Shown one piece after another: positions 36,837 to 46,400 of a stretch of 64,000 bases of DNA. Below the pieces are notes generated by a model. The model ran no database searches. It had not been told where the DNA came from and worked only from the letters and a program-made list of their open reading frames with translations. The DNA is from Oscillospiraceae bacterium. GTDB taxonomy: Bacteria; Bacillota; Clostridia; Oscillospirales; CAG-272. Location: positions 29,252 to 93,251 of the forward strand of contig SVSI01000006.1 in NCBI GenBank assembly GCA_015064385.1. Direction: 5' to 3'. The position numbers and the translations under genes are program-made. Every line of letters begins with the position of its first letter. Position 1 is the first letter of the stretch.

Positions 36837-37766
36837 TTACAAATTATTCTTTGACTGTATTTTTTTGAAAAATCGGAAGGTCATAGGCCAGACCACGCCC
36901 GCAAATATTACGAGCACGAAATATCTTATCGCGTGAGCGATATTATGTCCCGAAAAAATAGCGTTCAGGGGTGCTTTCAGAACGCTTTTGAGCGCAAGTG
37001 CGATCGCAAGTCCGAGAGAAAGCTTTATTATCTGAACCGAAACCGTCGCTTTCGTATCAAATTTTACGTACTTTTTATCAAAAAAGTATATAAGCGGAAA
37101 AGCGAGCACCGCGCCGAGGAGCGAGTACGCGTTTTTGAGTCCCGACTTATAGTTCTCGGGATCTATATCGGCAGGAAAACTATAAAACTCAACGTAGCAA
37201 AGGTATGCCGAAACGATAGCTATCGTGATAAAGGTCAGAATATACATTGCCTTTTCGTTTTCAAACGCCTTTGAAATTATCGGATATACCAAAAAAACGA
37301 GCAGTATTCCGAGAGCGATCGAAACGAGGACGTCAAGCGGAGTATGAACGCCGAGATACATTCTCGATACCGCGGTAAGCAGTATCGCAGACAGCGACAG
37401 ACAGACCACCCATATCTTTTTTCTGAAAAAGAGTCCTATCGAGCCGAATATTCCGACTGCGTTCTGAGTGTGCCCGCTCGGGAAAGAGTATCCGCCCGCG
37501 TCCGCTCTTGCAGACTCGACTATCGTAAAATTTTTATCCCTTACCCAAGGGCGCTCTACTTTGAAGGCGAGCTTCAAAAACTGATTTAAGGTTATACCGA
37601 GAAATCCGGTAAAAAGCAAATAATAGCCCGCTTTTTTATTCACGCACCAGTATATAAAAAGAGCTATTGCGAGAAACGCCGCTTCACTGCCGAGGTGAGT
37701 TATAAACGAAAAAAATGCGTCTAGCACGGGATTTCTTATCGACTCAAAAAAATAAAGAAGCTTCAT
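36837..37766 (-). CDS. PAP2-family phosphatase (membrane) with extra C-terminal TM segments
   Basis: 309 aa with KxxxxxxRP-like (FKVERPW), SFPSGHT and SRMYLGVHTPLD motifs. Confidence 0.75.
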   Translation of the reverse strand: MKLLYFFESIRNPVLDAFFSFITHLGSEAAFLAIALFIYWCVNKKAGYYLLFTGFLGITLNQFLKLAFKVERPWVRDKNFTIVESARADAGGYSFPSGHTQNAVGIFGSIGLFFRKKIWVVCLSLSAILLTAVSRMYLGVHTPLDVLVSIALGILLVFLVYPIISKAFENEKAMYILTFITIAIVSAYLCYVEFYSFPADIDPENYKSGLKNAYSLLGAVLAFPLIYFFDKKYVKFDTKATVSVQIIKLSLGLAIALALKSVLKAPLNAIFSGHNIAHAIRYFVLVIFAGVVWPMTFRFFKKIQSKNNL

Positions 37767-37773
37767 ATACGGT

Positions 37774-38619
37774 CTATCTCCTTATAACTGCGCCGAGAAG
37801 TGAAAATATCGCGTAAACAGCTATATTTACCGCAACGATCGTCGCGCCCGCTGGAGTGGATGCCATTATGGTTATTAAAAGTCCGACCAGCACGCAGAAG
37901 ACCGATATTGCCGCCGCACAGATCGTTACCGCCCTAAAGCTCTTGAACACTCGCATAGCGGAGATGGAGGGAAAAACGATAAGTGCGGACACGAGCAGCG
38001 CTCCGACGAGGTTCATTGCAAGAACTATCACGACGGCACCGATCACCGCTATAAAAGTATTGTATAAGGAGACCTTTACACCCGTTGCCGAGGAGAAATC
38101 CTCGTCAAAGGTAACTGCGAAGATCTTATTGTAAAACAGGATAAATACCCCGATCACGACCAGCGAGAGCAGTGCGCAGAGTATGACGTCAAAGCCGGTG
38201 AGAGATATTATCTTGACCGAGCCGAAAAGCGTTCCGCACACGTCGCCGCTCACGTTCGACGAGGTCGAGAAAATGCTGGTGAGCAAATATCCGACGGCAA
38301 GCGCGCCGACCGAGATCATAGCGATAGCCGCGTCCGATTTTACCTTTGAATTTTTACTGAGGCGGAGCAGTATCACCGCCGCCGCAACGGTAACGGGCAA
38401 AACCACAACCATCTCGCTTACTACTCCGAGAACTGCCGCCACGGTCATTGCACCGAAGGCGACGTGTGAAAGTCCGTCCCCTATCATAGAATACCGCTTG
38501 AGCACGAGAACAACCCCGAGAAGCGAGGAGGAAAGCGCTATCAGAACACCCGCTATGAGTGCGTAGCGCACGAAATCCATTTCGAGATAAAGAGAGATCT
38601 TACCGAAAAATTCACTCAT
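37774..38619 (-). CDS. znuB: Metal (zinc) ABC transporter permease
   Basis: 281-aa polytopic ABC-3 family permease in the operon with znuC and znuA. Confidence 0.75.
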   Translation of the reverse strand: MSEFFGKISLYLEMDFVRYALIAGVLIALSSSLLGVVLVLKRYSMIGDGLSHVAFGAMTVAAVLGVVSEMVVVLPVTVAAAVILLRLSKNSKVKSDAAIAMISVGALAVGYLLTSIFSTSSNVSGDVCGTLFGSVKIISLTGFDVILCALLSLVVIGVFILFYNKIFAVTFDEDFSSATGVKVSLYNTFIAVIGAVVIVLAMNLVGALLVSALIVFPSISAMRVFKSFRAVTICAAAISVFCVLVGLLITIMASTPAGATIVAVNIAVYAIFSLLGAVIRR

Positions 38620-39337
38620 TCTCGCCCGACCTCCTTTCGTTTTTGCCTATAAAACGGATTGCGGTCTCGGAGGTTATATAGTCACTCGTTTTGCCGAAAA
38701 ACAGGGGCTTTTCGCCAAGGTGAAGTATGTGCGTTGAATATTTCAGTGCCGCCTCTATATCGTGAGATATCATAACCACGGTTATTTTACAGTTTTTGCT
38801 GAGATCCTCGATAAGAGCGTACATCTCGGCACTTACCTTCGGATCAAGTCCGGCTACCGGCTCGTCCAGAAGGAGCATCTGCCCTGTTGCACAGAGCGCT
38901 CTTGCAAGCAGAACTCTCTGCTGCTGTCCGCCCGAGAGCTCTCTGTAACATCTTGACGAGAGATCCTTTATTCCGAGGCGCTCCATATTCACAGCCGCGC
39001 GCTGTTTTTCCCTTGCACCGTAAAAGGGACGCGCTCCGCAGTCGCCAAGACATCCCGAAAGCACGATCTCCTTGACGGTAGCGGGAAAATCCCTTTGACT
39101 CGTGCTCTGCTGAGGGAGATATCCGATAGACCTTTGAGAAAGTCCGTCCGAAAAGATCACTTCCCCGCTGTGCGGCTTTTTAAGACCGAGGAGCGTTTTC
39201 ATTAGCGTAGTCTTTCCCGAGCCGTTTTCACCGATAATGCAAAGATAGTCACCGCGCTCTACGCTGAAGCTCAGATCACTTACTATCGTTTTGCCCTCGT
39301 AGGCAAGAGATACGTTTTTACATTCAAGCAGTGCCAT
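38612..39337 (-). CDS. znuC: Metal (zinc) ABC transporter ATP-binding protein
   Basis: Walker A GENGSGKTT, signature LSGGQQQR, Walker B LLLDEP. Confidence 0.85.
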   Translation of the reverse strand: MALLECKNVSLAYEGKTIVSDLSFSVERGDYLCIIGENGSGKTTLMKTLLGLKKPHSGEVIFSDGLSQRSIGYLPQQSTSQRDFPATVKEIVLSGCLGDCGARPFYGAREKQRAAVNMERLGIKDLSSRCYRELSGGQQQRVLLARALCATGQMLLLDEPVAGLDPKVSAEMYALIEDLSKNCKITVVMISHDIEAALKYSTHILHLGEKPLFFGKTSDYITSETAIRFIGKNERRSGENE

Positions 39338-39338
39338 A

Positions 39339-40298
39339 TTACACCATCGCCTTTCTGAACGCCTCGAGATTTTTGCGCATTGCAGAAAGATAGGTAAGAC
39401 CGCCGTCTATATCCTTTCTGCTCACGCTTTGCAGTGAATTTACGCTTTCCGAGGTTATCTGCGTATCGCCCACCTCGTTTTTAAGGGTATCTATTATATT
39501 TACTCCGCTTTTTTCAAGAGTGAGAAGGACCTTCGTGCCGCTACTCTTTATATCGGACGCAAGGCGTCTTACCGTTTCAAAGGACGCTCCCGTTTCTGTG
39601 GAGCAGCCGTCAAAGGCAGCAGAGTAATTTATACCGTAGTCGTTTGTCATATAGAGAAACGGAAATCTGTCGGCAAAAACGAGATAATTGATTTTTGCCG
39701 AATTTACCGTTTCTTCGTAATCTTCATCAAGCTCGGAGAGCTTTTCCTTATACGCTTTTGCGTTTTCTCTGTAAACCTCGGCAGCGTCGGGATCGATCAC
39801 GCAAAGCTCCTTACAGATCGCATCGCACATAAGAGACGCTCTTTTGGGAGAGAGCCATATATGCTCGTCACACTCGTGTGAGTTATCCTCCCCGTGCGTG
39901 TGTCCGTCACCTTCGTGACAAAGAGTTTCGCCCACCTCGTTTATAAGGCGCAAAACGCGTATATTTTCGGCATTCTTATCGTCGAGCATCTCGTCAACCC
40001 ATTTTTCCGACTCGCCTCCGATACAGATAAAGAGTTCACTCGAGAGTATATTGAGCTTATCCGACGCACTTACAGAATTTGCATAGCTGTGCATATCGCT
40101 TCCGTTTTCGAGAAGGTATATGACGTCGAAATCTTCAGCTTTTTCGCCGAGTATATTGAGTGTAAAATCGTACTGTGCAAAAGCACTGCAAACTATTTTT
40201 CTTTTGCCGCTCCTACCGTCCGAGCACGATACAAGGCAAGTAAGTCCTGCGACGAGTGCGAGCAGCAAAACGTATGATATATATTTTCTTATCTTCAT
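39339..40298 (-). CDS. znuA: Zinc ABC transporter substrate-binding lipoprotein
   Basis: ORF track extends to 40385, overlapping zur. The ATG at 40298 has AAAGGAAA upstream. Lipobox LVSC. The His/acidic-rich loop HEGDGHTHGEDNSHECDEH is typical of ZnuA. Confidence 0.8.
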   Translation of the reverse strand: MKIRKYISYVLLLALVAGLTCLVSCSDGRSGKRKIVCSAFAQYDFTLNILGEKAEDFDVIYLLENGSDMHSYANSVSASDKLNILSSELFICIGGESEKWVDEMLDDKNAENIRVLRLINEVGETLCHEGDGHTHGEDNSHECDEHIWLSPKRASLMCDAICKELCVIDPDAAEVYRENAKAYKEKLSELDEDYEETVNSAKINYLVFADRFPFLYMTNDYGINYSAAFDGCSTETGASFETVRRLASDIKSSGTKVLLTLEKSGVNIIDTLKNEVGDTQITSESVNSLQSVSRKDIDGGLTYLSAMRKNLEAFRKAMV

Positions 40299-40318
40299 AA
40301 ATTTTTCCTTTTGAGTTC

Positions 40319-40723
40319 TCAAAGCGAGCATTTTTCGCAGACACCGACGATGGTCGGTCTTTTTTCGTCTATATTGAAGTGGCACCTTTTCACCATTTCA
40401 AAAATGCTTTTTTCCGCCTCCTCGTCCTCAAGATGGCATATCTGACCGCATTTCGTACACTTTATATGGATATGCTCTGCGCACGAGCACTCTCCCGTGT
40501 ATCTGTAAACGAGAAAGCGTCCGTCGGGAGACGCGGAGCGCTCCGCCTTGCCCGCTTCAACGAGTCGGGAAAGAATACGGTAAACGGTACTTTCGTTTAT
40601 TTTGAGAGCGGGATTTTTATTTACGCAAAGCTCGGTCAGCTCTCTAGCGGAAAACTGTCTGTCCGGCTCATTTTCAAGAATTTTTATAAGGGTCCTTCTC
40701 TGCTCGGTATCGTAGGTCTTCAC
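40319..40723 (-). CDS. zur: Fur-family metalloregulator, probably Zur
   Basis: 134 aa, GTG start, N-terminal wHTH, and CxxC...CxxC pairs (CTKCG ... CEKC). It sits directly upstream of znuACB. Confidence 0.7.
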   Translation of the reverse strand: MKTYDTEQRRTLIKILENEPDRQFSARELTELCVNKNPALKINESTVYRILSRLVEAGKAERSASPDGRFLVYRYTGECSCAEHIHIKCTKCGQICHLEDEEAEKSIFEMVKRCHFNIDEKRPTIVGVCEKCSL

Positions 40724-40743
40724 TTGACTATCATCCTTTGTCG

Positions 40744-40766
40744 AATTTGCAAATCATTTGCAAATT
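40744..40766. promoter_or_regulatory. Candidate Zur/Fur-family operator (23-bp perfect palindrome)
   Basis: AATTTGCAAAT-C-ATTTGCAAATT lies immediately downstream of the predicted -10 of the zur promoter. Confidence 0.5.
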
Positions 40767-40795
40767 ATAATAACATTTTACAGAGCTTTTGTCAA
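40767..40795 (-). promoter_or_regulatory. Candidate sigma-A promoter of zur-znuACB
   Basis: On the minus strand: TTGACA (40795-40790), 17 nt, TATTAT (40772-40767). Confidence 0.45.
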
Positions 40796-40804
40796 GGCCT
40801 TTTA

Positions 40805-40833
40805 TTGACTTTCATACATCAAAATGCTATAAT
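40805..40833 (+). promoter_or_regulatory. Candidate sigma-A promoter of the MBL-fold gene
   Basis: TTGACT (40805-40810), 17 nt, TATAAT (40828-40833). Confidence 0.5.
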
Positions 40834-40859
40834 AGTGAAAAAAAGGGAGGAAAATACGT

Positions 40860-41615
40860 ATGAAAATAAAATATCTCGGGCAATGCGGTTTTTTAATAAC
40901 GTCGCAAAATACTCGTGCGGTCACCGATCCGTATCTTTCTTACGGAGTTGACGAGAACCATTACAGCGAAAAAACGCCGTGGAAGCGTCTCTACCCGCCG
41001 CCCTGCACTCTGTCTGAGCTTTCTCCCGATATCATCGTCATATCTCACGCACACGACGATCATCTTGACCCAATAACTGTAAGAAAATATCTTGAATCGG
41101 GAGGCGATGCGTTCTTTATTGCGCCCGCGCCTATCTGCGATATTCTCGCAGAGCTGGGCGTGAAAAAAGAAAGATTAATTCGCGCGTATGCCGAAAACGA
41201 GATAATTTTCAACGACCTTGCGGTTCTCCCCATCCCCTGCGCACACACCGAGCTTCACACCGATAAAAACGGGGATTATCTTGAACTCAGCTATTTTATA
41301 AAATCGGGCGGAAAAACCGTCTTTTTCGGAGGAGATATGTCTCTGTACGACGGTATTTGCGAGCGAATTTCAAGAGAAGATCCCGATCTTCTGCTTCTTC
41401 CCTGCAACGGCCGTGACGAGGAGCGGACCGCAAACGGAATAATCGGAAATATCACCGAGGTCGAAGCGGCAGAGCTCGCAGCGCGTCTCAAAGCTCCGTT
41501 TGTCCCGATGCACCACGATCTGTACGAGATAAACGGCTGTCCCGAGGAAAACATAGCTGCGGCGGCAAGGGCTTTCGGAGCCACGTTGATAACAAAAAAA
41601 GAATTTACGATATAA
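40860..41615 (+). CDS. MBL-fold metallo-hydrolase
   Basis: 251 aa with the VISHAHDDHLD (HxHxDH) motif. SD GGGAGG. Confidence 0.75.
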   Translation: MKIKYLGQCGFLITSQNTRAVTDPYLSYGVDENHYSEKTPWKRLYPPPCTLSELSPDIIVISHAHDDHLDPITVRKYLESGGDAFFIAPAPICDILAELGVKKERLIRAYAENEIIFNDLAVLPIPCAHTELHTDKNGDYLELSYFIKSGGKTVFFGGDMSLYDGICERISREDPDLLLLPCNGRDEERTANGIIGNITEVEAAELAARLKAPFVPMHHDLYEINGCPEENIAAAARAFGATLITKKEFTI

Positions 41616-41619
41616 AACA

Positions 41620-41645
41620 AAAGCGACCGCAAATGCGGTCGCTTT
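41620..41645 (+). terminator. Intrinsic terminator
   Basis: AAAGCGACCGC-aaat-GCGGTCGCTTT followed by a T-rich tail. Confidence 0.65.
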
Positions 41646-41715
41646 TGCCTTATACAAATGCTCGGGTTCGGAAAGCATGAAAAGAGCCCGAGCTTAAATG
41701 AAAGGCGCTATTTAA

Positions 41716-43401
41716 TTATTCGCCGAATTGGTTTCTTTCTCTTGCTTTAATAACAAGGAAAAGCGCTATACCCGAAAGTATCAGAACAATACCGGCTATC
41801 AAGAATACAACGAGAAGCGTGTTAGACTCTACTTTAGGGATCTCATTTCTCTCTGTGTGACCACATTCGGAGCATTCCCTAATTTTCATACCGGTCTCCT
41901 TTTTTGTTGCTTCCTTTTCGGTAGTCCATTCGCCGTAAACGTGTTCTCTTACCTTTCTTTCGTCACCGCAAACGTTACATTCCGTATCGCAGTCGTTATC
42001 GTAGGTGTGCGAGATTGCCTTAATTATCTCCTGTGCCTCGACCACCTCACCGCAAACGGTACATTTTTTACCGTCGGTAAGTCCGTCCTCGGTACACGTT
42101 GCGGCTTTGCCGTCAATTATTTCTTCAGTATGTGCTATCTTATCGATCACCTTCTGCTCAAGCGTGATCTGCTGGCAGACGGTGCATTTCTTTCCGTCGC
42201 TGAGGCCTTCCTCGGTACAGCTTGCCGCCTTTCCGGGAATGGTCTCTTCTGTATGAGCAACAGTCTCAACGACCTTTTGCTCTACGGTCATTTTTCCGCA
42301 AACAGAGCATTTCTTTCCTTCGGTAAGACCGGTCTCGGTGCAGGTCGCTTCCTTGGCGGCAACAACCTCTTCAATGTGATCTATCATCGGAATCGTGTCT
42401 TGCTTAACGGTAACAACGCCGCAAGTACGGCATTTCTTACCCGCGGTAAGACCGGTGGAGCTACAAGTAGCTTCCTTTGCGGAAAGAGTTTTTTCGTTGT
42501 GTCCCTTTGCGGGTACTACGTTTTGGGCAAGAGACGCATCGCATCTCGAGCAATGCCAGCCCTCTGTAAGGCCGGTCTCGGTGCAGGTCGCGGAAAGTGC
42601 CGCATCGACTATCTTATCGTGTCCCTTTGCAGGTACTACGTTCTGGGCAAGAGACGCATCACATCTCGAGCAATGCCAGCCCTCTGTAAGGCCGGTCTCG
42701 GTGCAGGTCGCTTCCTTTGCGTTTTCCACTATCTTATCGTGTCCCTTCGCGGGTACAACTTCTTGCTTAACGAGTATTTTCTCACACATCGAGCAATGCT
42801 TGCCTTCGGTAAGTCCCGTATCAAGACAAGACGGCTCTACCGCACTGTCAATGACCTCGGTATGCTTATGAGTAGCCCAATCTATGGATTTTATCTTCAG
42901 GGCGCTTCCCGTAATGGTAAAATCTTCCGATTCGTCGGGCATCATAGTATTCTTCTTGTTGGTCTCTACGGATACGTTAACTTCGCCTTCATAACCCGTA
43001 GCTGCCTTAAACTTAAGAACAACTACCGTGCCGCTCTTTGAATATACGGGAGGATTCTTTCCCATAGCCGTCATGGGATCGCCTACGGTAACCTTTACAA
43101 AGTTTTCGTTTGCACGCTTGTTGACGGTCACGTCATCCTCGGCAAACACACTTGTATCTTTAGAACATCCTTCGTAAGAAACCTGACTCGGATCAAAGGC
43201 AACGTTCACGATCGAAAGCACAAAACCCGAATTTTCAGAAAGAGAAACGGTAACATCAAAGGTCTCCCCCGCTCCCACGATGGAGTCTTTCGACTCCACC
43301 GTGTAAGCGATATTATTTCCACTTGCAAATACCGACAAAGAAAGACAGAACAACAATTGCACAATGAAAAGTATCAGTAAAAATCTTTTGCTTTTCATCA
43401 T
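41716..43401 (-). CDS. Membrane-anchored secreted protein: cohesin-like domain + ~7 His/Cys3 modules + C-terminal TM helix
   Basis: 561 aa with signal peptide. Cohesin-like sequence: [34 protein letters not shown]. Module example: [42 protein letters not shown] anchor: [33 protein letters not shown], 21 nt after the upstream gene. Confidence 0.75.
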   Translation of the reverse strand: MMKSKRFLLILFIVQLLFCLSLSVFASGNNIAYTVESKDSIVGAGETFDVTVSLSENSGFVLSIVNVAFDPSQVSYEGCSKDTSVFAEDDVTVNKRANENFVKVTVGDPMTAMGKNPPVYSKSGTVVVLKFKAATGYEGEVNVSVETNKKNTMMPDESEDFTITGSALKIKSIDWATHKHTEVIDSAVEPSCLDTGLTEGKHCSMCEKILVKQEVVPAKGHDKIVENAKEATCTETGLTEGWHCSRCDASLAQNVVPAKGHDKIVDAALSATCTETGLTEGWHCSRCDASLAQNVVPAKGHNEKTLSAKEATCSSTGLTAGKKCRTCGVVTVKQDTIPMIDHIEEVVAAKEATCTETGLTEGKKCSVCGKMTVEQKVVETVAHTEETIPGKAASCTEEGLSDGKKCTVCQQITLEQKVIDKIAHTEEIIDGKAATCTEDGLTDGKKCTVCGEVVEAQEIIKAISHTYDNDCDTECNVCGDERKVREHVYGEWTTEKEATKKETGMKIRECSECGHTERNEIPKVESNTLLVVFLIAGIVLILSGIALFLVIKARERNQFGE

Positions 43402-43422
43402 CTATTCCTCCTTTGGTCGAAA

Positions 43423-46400
43423 TTAAGCTACGAGATCTTCCCAACCGAGATCAAGCATATCGTCGTAACCCTTGCTACCTACGATATATTCGCATATAGC
43501 TTTAAGGTCAGCTACGGTGATCTCTCCGTCCTTATCAACGTCAACGGTAACGTCATAGCTGGGCTCGATCTCGCCGGTTATGATCTTGCTGACCATAAGA
43601 GCGTCTGCCATATTTACGTCGCCGTCGTTATCAACGTCCATATACTTAACGATATCTATCGACTCGATCTCGCCTGCGCTACCGATAAGATCGCCTGCGT
43701 TGTTGCGCGCCTCGCAGTTAACGAAGCTGAACTCTGCGTTTATGATCTTAGTGTTGGTACCGTCATTGTTGTAGTTCTCGATCTCTGCATTATCAATGCG
43801 GAAGTAGAGCTCTACGAAAGCTTCGGAACCGTCAATGGTAACGTTCTGGGTTGCTTTATTCTCGTCGTTAGGAACACTTGCAAGAACGTTTACGACACCG
43901 TTCTTGGCGTGTGCCATAGGATTGGTGGTAAAGTTTGTGCTGATGAACTTAGCTTCAACGAAGGACATAACCTTTTCGTCGTAATCAAGTCCGAAGTTAA
44001 TACCCCAAACGTCAACTGCCTCTTCAAGAGACTCGATGGAGATCTTAACTACAACGATAGAGGAATCGGAATAGTCTGCGCCGCTTACGACAGCGTTGTC
44101 GATATCAAGAACGTACTTGATCTTGATCTCTTCAACAACTCTCTGTTCCGTTTCGCCGCAGATGATGCACTCGCGCTCTTCCATGATCTCGTTGTCATAC
44201 TCGTCAGAGGGGATCTCTATCCACTGACCCCAGGTATGGTCTGCAAGGTATTGGTCGTTTACGTTGGTAACCTTGCTCCACTCGCAGTTAACGCAAACTA
44301 CGAGGTCGTATCCGTATTCGTGACAAGTAGCGTCAACGTGGATAGGTCCTACGGTCTCGTGAGTATCGCCAACTTCTCCGCAGAGAATGTCATTACCGCT
44401 TGCATCCTTGCCTACAACAGCTACGCAGAAACGATCCTCAGTATCGCACTTGATCAGCTCGCCTGCCGCATTTTTGTGTCCGATTGCGGGAACCTCTTCC
44501 TGAGGAACGGTGAATACATCGCACACGCTACACTGCTTTCCGGCGGTAAGTCCGGTATTTTCGCAGTCGGGAGCAACTGCGGGTACGTCAACTTCAGTAT
44601 GTCCGAGGGCAGGAACATATCTGTTTATGTACTCGTAGTCGCAGTCAGGGCATTCCCAGTGCTGGTAACCGTATCCGAGACAGTCTGCTTCATCCCCGTC
44701 TGTAGCACCCATATATTTATGGTTGAGGGCGGATCTTACGGTTTTCTGCTCGTCGCCGCAAACCTTACAAATTCTATGGTTTTCATATCCTGCTTCTTCG
44801 CAAGTGGGGGCAAGGTTAAGGGGGTCCTGATCCTCGTAGTCATGCTCTGCTACGATCGTTGCGCCATCGTATTCGTCGTGAATTATGCCGCAAACACTGT
44901 TCTTACATACCCAAAGAGCTTTGGTTCCGTCAGTACCGGTCTTGCAGTCTGCGGGAACCTCTGCGGTCTTATCCCAGTCGTGATCAAGGTAGTAATCGAT
45001 GAGCTCGCCACACTTGGTGCACTTGAAAACACCCTTGGTGGTCTCGCCGTCGCCGCAAACAGTATCTTCAACCTCTCCGGTCTGATCATATTTTTCGTCG
45101 TCAATGTGTCCGTCACCGGTACCTTCAATAACGATGAGAACGTTCTTACCGCAGTCAGCACATTCGTGGCTATAGTAGCCGTTTAATGCGCAGCTTCCCT
45201 CACGGAAGATTTCCTTATTAGCGGTATTAAGGTTTACGTGATCCTTGAGGGCATCTTCAATGCTCATATAATACTTATCTTCTGTATCGACCTTGGGAAG
45301 CTCGTCCTTTTTGCCCATTGCTCCGCAGTTGTCGCACTTGGTTTCGGTGTATCCGCCTGCAATACAGTTGGGGGCAACTACTACTCCGGTCTCGAGATAG
45401 TTGTGTCCGAGAGCTTTCTTTTCGGTGGTCTGATCCTCGGTCACGTCACAACGGGAGCACTTAACGGTAATGACCTCGTCGTTTTCGCAATCCTGAGGAG
45501 TCTTGATCGTAACGTTTGCCGCGATCGAAGCATCAAAATCATGTCCAAGAGGATCTATGACAACAAGAGCTTCGTGCTCGTTACAGTCCACGCAGAAACC
45601 GATCGCGTTACCGGGTTCCGTGCAGGTAGGTGCATTTACTTTTCCGCTAATTATGTTATGGTTGTTTTTGTCATAAGAACTTCCAACCTCGCACTTTATA
45701 AGCTTAACGCTTGCGCCGTTAACGGTAACGTCGTAAGAAACCCCGTCCTTTACATACTCGGACTTAGCACCAAGAGGACAGTTATCGTCAGAGCAGTAAA
45801 CGAAGGTATATCCGTATTTCGAGCAGGTAGGATCAACAGTTACGGAAACCTCGGTGTGTCCGGTTGCGAGAAGAACTTCCTCGCGAGCAGCACCACAATC
45901 GCCGCAGTTCCAGGTTACAAGACCGTTAGTGGTGCAGTTTGCATCCTGCTTTACAACGTTTTTGCTCTTTGCGTTACGCGCCTTTTCGGCATCACTTGCA
46001 TCGTCGCTGCTCGTCCAGTTGGTATGGCCGAGAGGAGCAACGGGGTTGGTCTGCTTTACGTGTCCGCAAACGGTACAAGCATAAACGTCAAAACCCCAAG
46101 CGGTACAGGTGGGAGCGATAGTGACCGGTTTATCGTCCTCAAAGGAATGTCCGGTGGGTTCAACGGTAACCTGAACCTTTTCTCCGCAACGTCCGCACTT
46201 TACCTTTTTCCAGCCCTCTCCGGTACAGGTGGAGGGGAATTCTTCTACAACTTCAATGTTGCTACCCTCGGTAACGTGTCCGAGAGCTTCAACGGTAATA
46301 ATATAATTGCCGTTCTCATCCTTTGCAACCTCTACGGTTGCGTTTACGTCTGCATAGTAGTTTTCGCAGTCAGCACAGCTCCAGTAAGCGATCTTGCCGG

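Noticed and set aside
42501-42740. The regularly spaced near-identical repeats looked superficially CRISPR-like or tandem-repeat-like.
   Set aside because: The 120-nt period is entirely within a coding frame and encodes whole protein modules. Only two near-identical copies exist, with no spacer/repeat alternation and no cas genes.
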